In this document: piece by piece, positions 36,959 to 45,505 of the stretch
Layout of the letters: each line of letters opens with the position of its first letter
Numbering within the stretch: position 1 is the stretch's first letter
Assembly (NCBI GenBank): GCA_045658225.1
Contig: JAZOUO010000035.1
Span: forward strand, 13,639-77,638
Direction of reading: 5' to 3'
From: Eubacteriales bacterium
GTDB taxonomy: Bacteria; Bacillota; Clostridia; Oscillospirales; CAG-272
DNA: 64,000 nt
The notes under the pieces: model-generated
What the model saw: only the letters and a program-made list of their open reading frames with translations
Told to the model about the DNA's origin: nothing
The model's database searches: none
Translations under genes and position numbers: made by a program

Positions 36959-38017
36959 ATGGATTTTACAGAAGATTTTGATTTTGAAAGCCGAATAGTA
37001 TCTACCTCCTATTCTTCTGAGGATTCGGACACCGACAGCTCTCTTCGTCCCAAAAGTCTTGATGAGTATATAGGTCAGGACAAGGCAAAGGAAAACCTTA
37101 AGGTCTATATGGATGCGGCAAAATTCAGAGGCGAGTCCCTTGACCACGTGCTTCTCTATGGTCCTCCCGGTCTCGGTAAGACCACTCTTTCCAACATCGT
37201 TGCCGCAGAAATGGGTGTTAATATAAGAGTGACCTCAGGACCCGCGATTGAAAAACAGGGCGACCTTGCGGCTCTGCTTACGAATCTCAGCGAGGGCGAC
37301 GTGCTTTTCATTGACGAGATACACCGTCTTTCACGCTCGGTTGAGGAAATTCTCTATCCCGCTATGGAGGACTTTGCGCTTGACATTATTATCGGTAAAG
37401 GCCCGTCGGCGAGAAGTATAAGAATTGACCTGCCTAAATTCACGCTTATAGGCGCGACTACTCGCGCAGGTCAGCTTACAACTCCCCTCCGTGACCGTTT
37501 CGGCGTACTGCTCAAGCTTGAGCTTTACACACCTGAGCAGCTTGCCACTATCGTCAAGCGCAGCGCGTCCATACTTGGCATCGGAATCAATGAAAACGGC
37601 GCGTATGAGATAGCATCACGCTCGCGCGGAACACCCCGTATTGCCAACAGACTTCTCAAGCGCGTGCGAGATTTCGCGCAGGTGTCGGGCAAGGAGATAA
37701 TTGGCGAGGAGATAGCATCGTATGCTCTCGGCAAGCTTGAAATTGACGAGCTTGGACTTGACAACACCGACAGACGTATGCTTGAGACCATAATAAAGTT
37801 CTACGACGGCGGCCCCGTCGGGCTTGAAACCCTTGCCGCTACTATCGGCGAGGAGGCAGTCACTATTGAGGACGTTTACGAGCCTTATCTTATGCAGATA
37901 GGATTCCTCTCGCGTACTCCCCGAGGCCGTTGCGTGACAAGACTTGCATACGAGCACCTCGGAATCCCCTTTGGAAAGAAAAACGGCTCTGCACAGATGA
38001 ATATTTTTGATAATTAA
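36959..38017 (+). CDS. ruvB: Holliday junction branch migration DNA helicase RuvB
   Basis: '[12 protein letters not shown]', 'GPPGLGKTT', 'IDEIHRL' and 'GATTRAG'. Confidence 0.96.
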   Translation: MDFTEDFDFESRIVSTSYSSEDSDTDSSLRPKSLDEYIGQDKAKENLKVYMDAAKFRGESLDHVLLYGPPGLGKTTLSNIVAAEMGVNIRVTSGPAIEKQGDLAALLTNLSEGDVLFIDEIHRLSRSVEEILYPAMEDFALDIIIGKGPSARSIRIDLPKFTLIGATTRAGQLTTPLRDRFGVLLKLELYTPEQLATIVKRSASILGIGINENGAYEIASRSRGTPRIANRLLKRVRDFAQVSGKEIIGEEIASYALGKLEIDELGLDNTDRRMLETIIKFYDGGPVGLETLAATIGEEAVTIEDVYEPYLMQIGFLSRTPRGRCVTRLAYEHLGIPFGKKNGSAQMNIFDN

Positions 38018-38037
38018 CGAAAAAACAGCAATCAAAT

Positions 38038-38077
38038 AAGACCCCGACAGACTTTAAAAATCTGTCGGGGTCTTTTC
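38038..38077 (+). terminator. rho-independent terminator of ruvB
   Basis: AAGACCCCGACAGA-9 nt-TCTGTCGGGGTCTT followed by TTC. Confidence 0.85.
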
Positions 38078-38249
38078 TGTCCCATCATAAAAACATATCA
38101 AATTGGTAGATAATTATTGCGCTCCGCACGGCGCATCTCTGTAATTTCGGTTTTTGCAGACTGACCTCACATATAAGTGACTAACTTGGAAATATCCTTG
38201 CGCTTCTTTTGACGGAGCTTGTCTCCCTCTGCGGCATATCCAAGGATAA

Positions 38250-38381
38250 CTACCAAAGATTCATAAGATCACCGTAGCTTTTATCATACTGTGCTTTACT
38301 GATATCACCGTTTTCAAGAAATATATGAAGCGTTCTTTTTTGTTCAAGAAAAAGTGCTTTTTTCTTTTGGTCAATCGGCAT
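38250..38381 (-). CDS. possible 43-aa protein translationally coupled to the hydrolase gene
   Basis: ATG 38381 overlaps the hydrolase stop region and lies ~8 nt after GAGGAG. The product is 'MPIDQKKKALFLEQKRTLHIFLENGDISKAQYDKSYGDLMNLW'. No family recognised. Confidence 0.35.
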   Translation of the reverse strand: MPIDQKKKALFLEQKRTLHIFLENGDISKAQYDKSYGDLMNLW

Positions 38382-39132
38382 ATACATCGCTCTCCTCGTC
38401 CATGATAAATTTCGCAAACTCTCTGCGGACAAGCTCAATATCCTTTGGATCATAGTAAAAATGTCCCGATTTTTCCATTTCAAAAACCTTTATATTGGAG
38501 TGGCGACGCAATATCTTACCCGAAACTTGGGATACGACCTCGTCCTTTTTTGACACAAAAGCCACGCAGGGTATTTTGAAATCTTTAAGCAACGGTGAGG
38601 ATTTCCTCATCATCATAAAGAGATCCCAGAATCTCGGGATCCAACCGACGTATTTGAATAAATTTCGGCTAAGCTGAATTCCCAAACATCTCGTCGCCGC
38701 GAGAGTTATCTTGTCGTCGGGTCTGATTATACCAAATACCATATTGAAGGCGCATATCACGATTGCCGGTTTCAGACAAGGGGAAAGTGCGGGCTGCAGG
38801 AAAAAAGCCTTGGTGATCTTGGGATTATTTATTACATTTCCTATTACAAGCAATGCGCCCATCGAGTGCGCCACAACGTATATCTCGTCGTGAGTAGCCG
38901 CAAGCTCATCAACTACGGCTTTGAACTGCTGCTCCCATTTTTTTCTTGAGGTTCTTGAAAAGTCACCGGCCTTGCCTCCGTGACCGTCAAGAAGAATATT
39001 CCAGAGTGTTGCGTCCTCCGGTACCATATCGATAATATCCACAAAATGGTCAGGTGTTCCAATAATACCGTGCACAAAAAGATACGCGCGCTTTGAACCG
39101 TCCACTATCCGCTTAAGTTCACAATGTTTCAT
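38371..39132 (-). CDS. alpha/beta hydrolase (esterase/lipase-like)
   Basis: 'YLFVHGIIGTPDHF' oxyanion region and nucleophile elbow 'VAHSMGA'. ATG 39132 follows GGTGGAG. Confidence 0.8.
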   Translation of the reverse strand: MKHCELKRIVDGSKRAYLFVHGIIGTPDHFVDIIDMVPEDATLWNILLDGHGGKAGDFSRTSRKKWEQQFKAVVDELAATHDEIYVVAHSMGALLVIGNVINNPKITKAFFLQPALSPCLKPAIVICAFNMVFGIIRPDDKITLAATRCLGIQLSRNLFKYVGWIPRFWDLFMMMRKSSPLLKDFKIPCVAFVSKKDEVVSQVSGKILRRHSNIKVFEMEKSGHFYYDPKDIELVRREFAKFIMDEESDVYAD

Positions 39133-39296
39133 AAAACTCCACCTTTTTATCATAACTGACACAAGTATAACATAAATGCCGTTAATTTGCAATAACCGAT
39201 TGAATGAAAGAAACAAAAAAGGACAGACGATTTGAAAATCGCCTGTCCTCGTCCAAGAAGCACAACTTACTAGTAACGTAATGCCTTCCGTTTTTA

Positions 39297-41060
39297 TTAT
39301 TCAAACTGACTGTTCCAGAGATTTGCGTAGAAGCCGCCCTTGTCGAGTAGCTCTGCGTGGTTTCCCTTTTCAATTATCCGTCCGTTGTCCATAACGAGAA
39401 TTATGTCCGCTTCCTTGATTGTGGAAAGGCGGTGCGCGACGATAAACGACGTTCTGCCCTTCATCATAAGCGCAAAGGAATTCTGTATTTTTATCTCAGT
39501 ACGGGTATCTATTGAGGATGTTGCCTCGTCAAGTATGAGCATTGGCGGCAGACACAAAAGCACTCGTGTAATACAGAGAAGCTGCTTTTGTCCTTGCGAG
39601 AGCGAGCCGCCGTCCTCGCCTATTACCGTGTCGTAGCCCTGAGGCAGACGACGTATAAAGCTATGCGCATGGGTGAGCTTTGCCGCCTCGATAATTTCCT
39701 CATCGGTAGCATCGGGCTTGCCCATTGTGATATTTTCGCGTATAGTTCCCGACTTGAGCCCCGTCTCCTGAAGCACCATTCCGTAAGAGCCTCGAAGCGA
39801 GCCGCGAGTCAAATCTCTTATATCATGACCGCTGACCGCTATTTTTCCGCTATTAACGTCGTAAAATCTCATAAGCAGATTGATTACAGTCGTTTTTCCG
39901 CAGCCCGTAGGGCCTACTATCGCAACTCTCTGACCGTTTTCTATGGACAGATTGAAGTCACGTATAAGCTCGCGGTCGGGGGTGTAGGAAAAGCTTACGT
40001 CCTCAATGCTTACCTTTCCGTTTACCTCGTCCTCGACAAGCACGTGCGCGTAGGGGGCGTCGGGAGTCTGCGAGGGCTGGTCTATAAGCTCAAACAGACG
40101 CGAAGCGCAAGCGAGCGAGTTCTGAAGCTCGGTCACAACGCCCGATATCTCATTAAAGGGCTTTGTGTATTGGTTTGCGTAGTTGAGAAGCGAGAAAAGT
40201 CCGCCGACGGTAAGTCCACCCTCTGCGTTTCCGTTTGCTATACATATCATAGCACCAACGAAAGCAACCGCCGCGTAAACGAGGTTGTTTACAAAGCGCG
40301 TGCAAGGATTTGTGAGCGAGGAATAAAACAGAGCCTTAAGAGAGGTTTTTTCAAGTCTGGCATTTATCTCGTCAAAGGTAGCCAGAGCCTCATCCTCGTG
40401 TGAGAACGCCGCGACGACCTTGTGCTCGCCTATCATCTCGTCGATAAGAGCCGTTTGTTCGGCTCTGGTCTCGGACTGTGCCTTAAACAGCGAAAAGGTA
40501 TTTTTCGCTATAAATGCGGCAACGAAAAGCGACAGGGGCGTTATAAGCACAACCACTGCGGCTATAGGCAAACTTATGGATATCATAAATCCAATCGTGC
40601 CAACAATAGTGAGAATTCCCGTAAAGAACTGCGAAAATCCCATAAGCAGTCCGTCACCGAACTGGTCAACGTCCGAGATAACTCGGCTGACTGTGTCACC
40701 TATGGGCTTTGTGTCAAGATACGAAAGCGGTAGCTCTTGTATCTTGACAAACGCGTCGCGTCTGAGCTTTTTAACTATGCCAAACGTGATTCTGTTGTTT
40801 ATAACGTTCATTATCCATTGGCAAATCGCGGTAGCTCCGCAAACTATGCCTATAATAATCAGAAGCTTGAAAATTCCTTCAAAATCAACGTTATTCTTAC
40901 CTATCGCGAGATCAATAGCCTGACCTGCGAGAATCGGAATATAGAGCGTTCCAACGACTATCAGTGCCGCAAGAATAAGCGAGATACTAAAAAGTACTCG
41001 GTATCCCTTCATATATCTGAGCACCTTTGAAAAGGTGGTCTTTTGGGAAGATTTAGCCAT
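39297..41060 (-). CDS. ABC exporter half-transporter (TMD-NBD), consensus-site subunit
   Basis: 'GPTGCGKTT', 'LSQGQKQLLCITR' and 'LILDEATSSID'. ATG 41060 follows GGGAGGTG and overlaps the upstream partner by 8 nt. Confidence 0.9.
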   Translation of the reverse strand: MAKSSQKTTFSKVLRYMKGYRVLFSISLILAALIVVGTLYIPILAGQAIDLAIGKNNVDFEGIFKLLIIIGIVCGATAICQWIMNVINNRITFGIVKKLRRDAFVKIQELPLSYLDTKPIGDTVSRVISDVDQFGDGLLMGFSQFFTGILTIVGTIGFMISISLPIAAVVVLITPLSLFVAAFIAKNTFSLFKAQSETRAEQTALIDEMIGEHKVVAAFSHEDEALATFDEINARLEKTSLKALFYSSLTNPCTRFVNNLVYAAVAFVGAMICIANGNAEGGLTVGGLFSLLNYANQYTKPFNEISGVVTELQNSLACASRLFELIDQPSQTPDAPYAHVLVEDEVNGKVSIEDVSFSYTPDRELIRDFNLSIENGQRVAIVGPTGCGKTTVINLLMRFYDVNSGKIAVSGHDIRDLTRGSLRGSYGMVLQETGLKSGTIRENITMGKPDATDEEIIEAAKLTHAHSFIRRLPQGYDTVIGEDGGSLSQGQKQLLCITRVLLCLPPMLILDEATSSIDTRTEIKIQNSFALMMKGRTSFIVAHRLSTIKEADIILVMDNGRIIEKGNHAELLDKGGFYANLWNSQFE

Positions 41061-42786
41061 TTGACTCACCTCCCTTAAACTGCGACTCATATATCTCGCG
41101 GTAAACAGTGCAGTCTCGTAGCAGATCGTCGTGCTTGCCCTTGCCAACTACAGCGCCGTCGTCAAGCACAAGTATCAGATCTGCGTGAGATATTGAGGAA
41201 GTTCTCTGCGAAATAATGAAAACACAGGGATCGTAATCAAGGTTCTTTATTTCGTGGCGAAGTCTCGCCTCGGTAGCGAAGTCAAGCGCAGACGCGGAGT
41301 CGTCAAGTATCAATACGGGAGCTTTTGAGACTACCGCGCGAGCTATACAAAGTCTTTGCCTCTGTCCGCCCGAGAAGTTTCTTCCCTTTTGCTCTACCTT
41401 GGCGTCAAGTCCGCCGTTCTTTTCGCGGATAAAATCCGCCGCCTGCGCTATCTCAAGCGCCGCCCAAAGCTCTTCGTCGGTAGCGTCCTCCTTGCCCCAA
41501 CAAAGATTTGAACGCACAGTACCCTTGAAAAGCACCGCCTTTTGAGGAACTATTCCAATCTGAGAGCGTAGAAATTCAAGATCATATTCTTCAACTCCGC
41601 GGCCCATAAATCTGACTTGCCCCTCAGTAGCGTCGTAAAATCTCGGTATCATATTCACAAGCGTGGTTTTGCCACAGCCCGTTCCACCTATAATACCTAC
41701 CGTCATTCCTCTCTGAGCCTTGAAATTCACGCCAGAAACCGACGGAGCCGCTGAGGTGGCATAAGTGAGTGCAACATTTTCAAACTCAACTATAGGAGAA
41801 TTTTCGTCGCCCTCCGAGATGGGATTGTCCGACATATTCATTGACGCAGGAGTATCAAACACCGCCTGAATACGCTTACTGCAAGCAAGTGCCTTGGTCA
41901 CAAGGAATATAGTGTTTGCAAGCTTGACAAGCTCAACGAGTATCTGCGTCATATAGTTATACATAGCCACAAGCTCGCCCTGCGACATATCCCCAGAGTT
42001 TACCGTGGGAGCAGAAAAATAAATTATGGCGATTATACCGAGGTTGACAACTACGTACGTGAGTGGGTTCATAAGGGCAGTTATCCTACCCGTAAAGTTC
42101 TGAATATGTGTATGCTCTCGGTTGGCTGTTTCAAAGCCCTCTATCTCCTCGCTCTCCTTATTGAACGCGCGAATAACTCGCACGCCCGCAAGACTTTCAC
42201 GTGTACGCGAGGTGACGTTATCAAGTCTTTGCTGTACCTTCTTGTAAAGCGGTATTCCAGCAAGTATGATACTAAAAACAATAACGGCAAGCACAGGGAT
42301 GACAACAACGAAAACAAGCGCGATCTCTTTGTTTACAAAGAACGCCATTATCATTGCGCCAAACACGATTATGGGCGAGCGCAAGAACAGTCTGAGTGTC
42401 ATATTTACACCAGATTGGAGCTGATTTACATCGCTCGTCATTCTCGTTATCATAGACGACGTACCAAGCCTGTCCGTCGCGGAATATGAGAATTTACCAA
42501 GGTGGGCAAAGAGCGAGTGCCTCATACCCGTAGCCATACCTACAGCCGCCTTTGCCGCAAAATACTGAGCAATAACTGCACATGTCAGTCCAATAATACC
42601 AAGCGCCACAAGTACAAGGCACATTTTTACAATGTGAGAGTTATCGCTATTAGCAATTCCCTTGTCGATTATTGACTGAACAACAAGAGGAACCATAAGA
42701 TCAAAGCAAGCCTCGAGCAATTTGAACAAAGGCGCTATAATACATTCAAGCTTATATTTTTTTAAAAAACGCAGAACTGTTTTCAT
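41053..42786 (-). CDS. ABC exporter half-transporter (TMD-NBD), degenerate-site subunit
   Basis: 'GGTGCGKTT', 'FSGGQRQRLCIAR', and Walker B 'LILDDSASALD' with Asp in place of the catalytic Glu. Confidence 0.9.
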   Translation of the reverse strand: MKTVLRFLKKYKLECIIAPLFKLLEACFDLMVPLVVQSIIDKGIANSDNSHIVKMCLVLVALGIIGLTCAVIAQYFAAKAAVGMATGMRHSLFAHLGKFSYSATDRLGTSSMITRMTSDVNQLQSGVNMTLRLFLRSPIIVFGAMIMAFFVNKEIALVFVVVIPVLAVIVFSIILAGIPLYKKVQQRLDNVTSRTRESLAGVRVIRAFNKESEEIEGFETANREHTHIQNFTGRITALMNPLTYVVVNLGIIAIIYFSAPTVNSGDMSQGELVAMYNYMTQILVELVKLANTIFLVTKALACSKRIQAVFDTPASMNMSDNPISEGDENSPIVEFENVALTYATSAAPSVSGVNFKAQRGMTVGIIGGTGCGKTTLVNMIPRFYDATEGQVRFMGRGVEEYDLEFLRSQIGIVPQKAVLFKGTVRSNLCWGKEDATDEELWAALEIAQAADFIREKNGGLDAKVEQKGRNFSGGQRQRLCIARAVVSKAPVLILDDSASALDFATEARLRHEIKNLDYDPCVFIISQRTSSISHADLILVLDDGAVVGKGKHDDLLRDCTVYREIYESQFKGGESNG

Positions 42787-42861
42787 CTCAAGACTCCTTT
42801 CCCTAAAATCTTTTATAATTATATCACTTAATTAAAATAAAATCAATAGGCTTGGGGAAAA

Positions 42862-42900
42862 ATATTAAATACAAAGAACACCCGCGGAAACCCGCGGGTG
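42862..42900 (-). terminator. rho-independent terminator after the esterase lipoprotein gene
   Basis: CACCCGCGG-aaac-CCGCGGGTG followed on the minus strand by TTCTTTGTATTT. Confidence 0.75.
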
Positions 42901-42921
42901 TTTGAGAAAATAATAATTATG

Positions 42922-45282
42922 TTAATCGGGAGAAATTTCTTCGAGGAAAAGCATACCCTCGCCCATCATATATCCAAGCTTGAACATATCGGGACCGCAG
43001 AGGTGCGCATAATCAGGCATGAACATATCTTCTCCCACACTTGCCTTTGTCAACAAGTTGTCCGCAAGAATAAGATAGGAGCTTTCGATATTGGCTTTAT
43101 CGTTCGAAATCAGCTCGCCGTCATTATCATAGTCAAACCAGTATTCACAGTTTGCTTTCTTGCTGTTGTTAAGTGCTTCAGCATGAGGCCAAACAGCGTG
43201 GTCATGAGGGAAGTTCTTTCCGTTGGGATCTCCCTCCAAGGTTTTCTGAATAGCGTAGTTTATAAAGGAAATACCGTCGGATGACGCATAATTTTTAAAG
43301 TCGGAACGAATAGAATTAACAAGCAATTGCTCATATTCAACGTATTCCTGTGCAACGTCAAGAGCACCTGCGTCGGATTCACCCTGAACCCAGAAGAAGC
43401 TCTGAATCTGAGGATTATAATCTTTAGAGATCATAGCCAGCGACTCACAAATGTAAGCAAACATCTGATTGTAGAGATAATCTCCCATATCACTTACAAG
43501 TCCTTCCGGGTCAAGGTTATGTCCAGGAGTAGTATTTGTCGTCGGGAACCACTGTCCGTTGAGGTAGGTTCCTGCAGCTGTGAACTTAATTATGTAAAGA
43601 GGTGCGTCGTTGGTGTATCCGTTAGCGGTGAGGTATTCAACTATACCAAGCTCTGGACCGATATATCCATATCCTCCACCGCCCATTCCGCCGCGGTATG
43701 CATCAAATCCGTTGTTAGCGAAAAACGTTTTCCATGTTCCATTGTCTACATTAATGTTGTTATAATGTATGTAAACATTGTTATAAACTTTGTTATTATA
43801 CTGAGAAACATTTGTAATAGGGCTTGCGCCGAAAGCATTTGACTGACCTGAAATAATAATTACGTTTGCTACAGGCTTATTGGAAGAGTCATCTTTTCCT
43901 AATATGGTGACATTCCAGGTTGTAAGATCAACATAAACTCCGTTGCCAAACTGAGCAAAGAACGTTATCTGATGATCTCCTGTTGTCATGCCCTTGGTGT
44001 TTACGGTTATATTAAACACCTTTGCCTTCTTTCCTGCGGCTTCTTTAATCTCGTTAGATGCTTTTCCAGCAGCAGATGTGACCGAGTTAGCATGATCTCC
44101 GTCAATATAATATCCAAAATTACTGATAGTTGTATCAAATCCTGCATATCCGGATACGGAAACACTCATTCCCGCAAAAAGGCTTGAGAAATTAACTACT
44201 CCGCTTTCCTTGTCAACAGAACTTATAACTACACCCGGGAATTCTCCCGATGTAAAATTATCGAAAGATACTGTATTGCTGTTTCCAACCGTTATGGTAT
44301 CAAAGAAAGAATTGCCAACCTGTGCGGGAATCTCTCTCTCTGCTCCGCCGCAGACCAAACATACTCCGCCATACGGATTTGCGTAAGAGTGGGGGATACA
44401 ACGCTTCATTGTATAATTACAAACAGTACATGACTGAACTGATGTGCACGTAGCCTCAGGACCGGGTGTGTGAGGTATCTTATCTATTTTTTTGGGCTCA
44501 ACGATATACTCATTGCAAAGCGAGCATTTGCTTCCTTCGGTGCTACCATCTAATTTACAAGTAGGCGCTACAGCCTCAATTACCTCAGGCTTATGATCGA
44601 GAATTGCGATCTCTGTTTGAGCGGATAATGTTTCTTTGCAAACAGAACATTTTACTTCCGCTGTAAGACCTGTGCTTGTGCAAGTGGCTTCCACAGCCTC
44701 TTTTACGATTTCTTCAGTATGTCCGAGGGCGTCAAGCTTTGTCTGCGCAACTAAAACCTCTCCGCAATCCGCGCATTTGCTTCCCTCTGTAAGACCGTCT
44801 GAGGTGCAGGTAGCTGCAACTGCCGCGAGCTTTTCTGTGTTCTCATGCTCACATATCTTTGTAATAATAATGACTATAGACGTTTCGCCGCTTTCAAAGA
44901 ACGTATATTCATCCGAGAACGTATATCCGTCTGCCTTGCTTACCTTAGCCTTGTATCCATCCGCGGGCTCAAGCTTCATGCTTACAACGCCTTCCGAATC
45001 GGTGACTATGGGATTAAAGCACGAGGCTTCACTGCAGATGGTGACTCTTGCTCCTGAAACGGTATTACCGTCAGTATCCTTTACTGTGACGGTATATTCA
45101 ACCTTTGTGTCCACGGGCTCATCCGTGGGTGCTTCAGTAGGTACACTGGTGGGAGCATCTGTAGGAGCTGCAGAGGGTGTTTCCGTAGGTGTTTCCTCGT
45201 CATTGCAAGCAACGATAAAAGCCATACAAGAAATCAAAAGCACAACTGCAAGCGCAATACTTAAAAATCTTTTGAGTTGCAT
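42922..45282 (-). CDS. lipoprotein: Pro/Thr linker, Ig/CarboxypepD_reg-like domain, His/Cys-rich tandem modules, SASA/CE6-type carbohydrate esterase domain
   Basis: Signal and lipobox 'LLISCMAFIVAC', 'TPTETPSAAPTDAPTSVPTEAPTDEP', 'TVTVKDTDGNTVSGARVTI', 3-4 H/C modules, then 'VIIISGQSNAFG' and 'FWVQGESDAG' esterase motifs. A strong SD AAGGAGG precedes the ATG. Confidence 0.85.
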   Translation of the reverse strand: MQLKRFLSIALAVVLLISCMAFIVACNDEETPTETPSAAPTDAPTSVPTEAPTDEPVDTKVEYTVTVKDTDGNTVSGARVTICSEASCFNPIVTDSEGVVSMKLEPADGYKAKVSKADGYTFSDEYTFFESGETSIVIIITKICEHENTEKLAAVAATCTSDGLTEGSKCADCGEVLVAQTKLDALGHTEEIVKEAVEATCTSTGLTAEVKCSVCKETLSAQTEIAILDHKPEVIEAVAPTCKLDGSTEGSKCSLCNEYIVEPKKIDKIPHTPGPEATCTSVQSCTVCNYTMKRCIPHSYANPYGGVCLVCGGAEREIPAQVGNSFFDTITVGNSNTVSFDNFTSGEFPGVVISSVDKESGVVNFSSLFAGMSVSVSGYAGFDTTISNFGYYIDGDHANSVTSAAGKASNEIKEAAGKKAKVFNITVNTKGMTTGDHQITFFAQFGNGVYVDLTTWNVTILGKDDSSNKPVANVIIISGQSNAFGASPITNVSQYNNKVYNNVYIHYNNINVDNGTWKTFFANNGFDAYRGGMGGGGYGYIGPELGIVEYLTANGYTNDAPLYIIKFTAAGTYLNGQWFPTTNTTPGHNLDPEGLVSDMGDYLYNQMFAYICESLAMISKDYNPQIQSFFWVQGESDAGALDVAQEYVEYEQLLVNSIRSDFKNYASSDGISFINYAIQKTLEGDPNGKNFPHDHAVWPHAEALNNSKKANCEYWFDYDNDGELISNDKANIESSYLILADNLLTKASVGEDMFMPDYAHLCGPDMFKLGYMMGEGMLFLEEISPD
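44347..44856 (-). repeat. in-frame tandem ~40-residue His/Cys-rich modules inside the lipoprotein gene
   Basis: 'H-x4-6-(V/I)-x-A-x-(A/P)TC-x3-G-x-T-x3-KC-x2-C-x-E' recurs at residues ~143-186, 187-229, 230-269 and degenerately at 270-312. Confidence 0.7.
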
Positions 45283-45505
45283 AATTTCCTCCTTGGTTTG
45301 AGTGGCGCGTCCTGCGCACCTAAAAATTTACCACTATAATTTTATCACGGAATTTACATTTTGTCAACAGACCAAAGCAAAAAATAGAAACATCTTTAAA
45401 AGAATAAAAATATCACAAAAAAAAGCCTTATCCTTCACATTGAGTTTACAAAACAATGATAAAATTACTCTAAATTACTATTGATTTTTTAAAAGGAGAA
45501 AATAG

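Noticed and set aside
38080-38250. Possible gene remnant or small RNA in the 170-nt gap after ruvB
   Set aside because: Only very short ORFs are present (17 codons or fewer) and one weak hairpin (GCGCTCCGCACGGCGC). There is nothing I can support.
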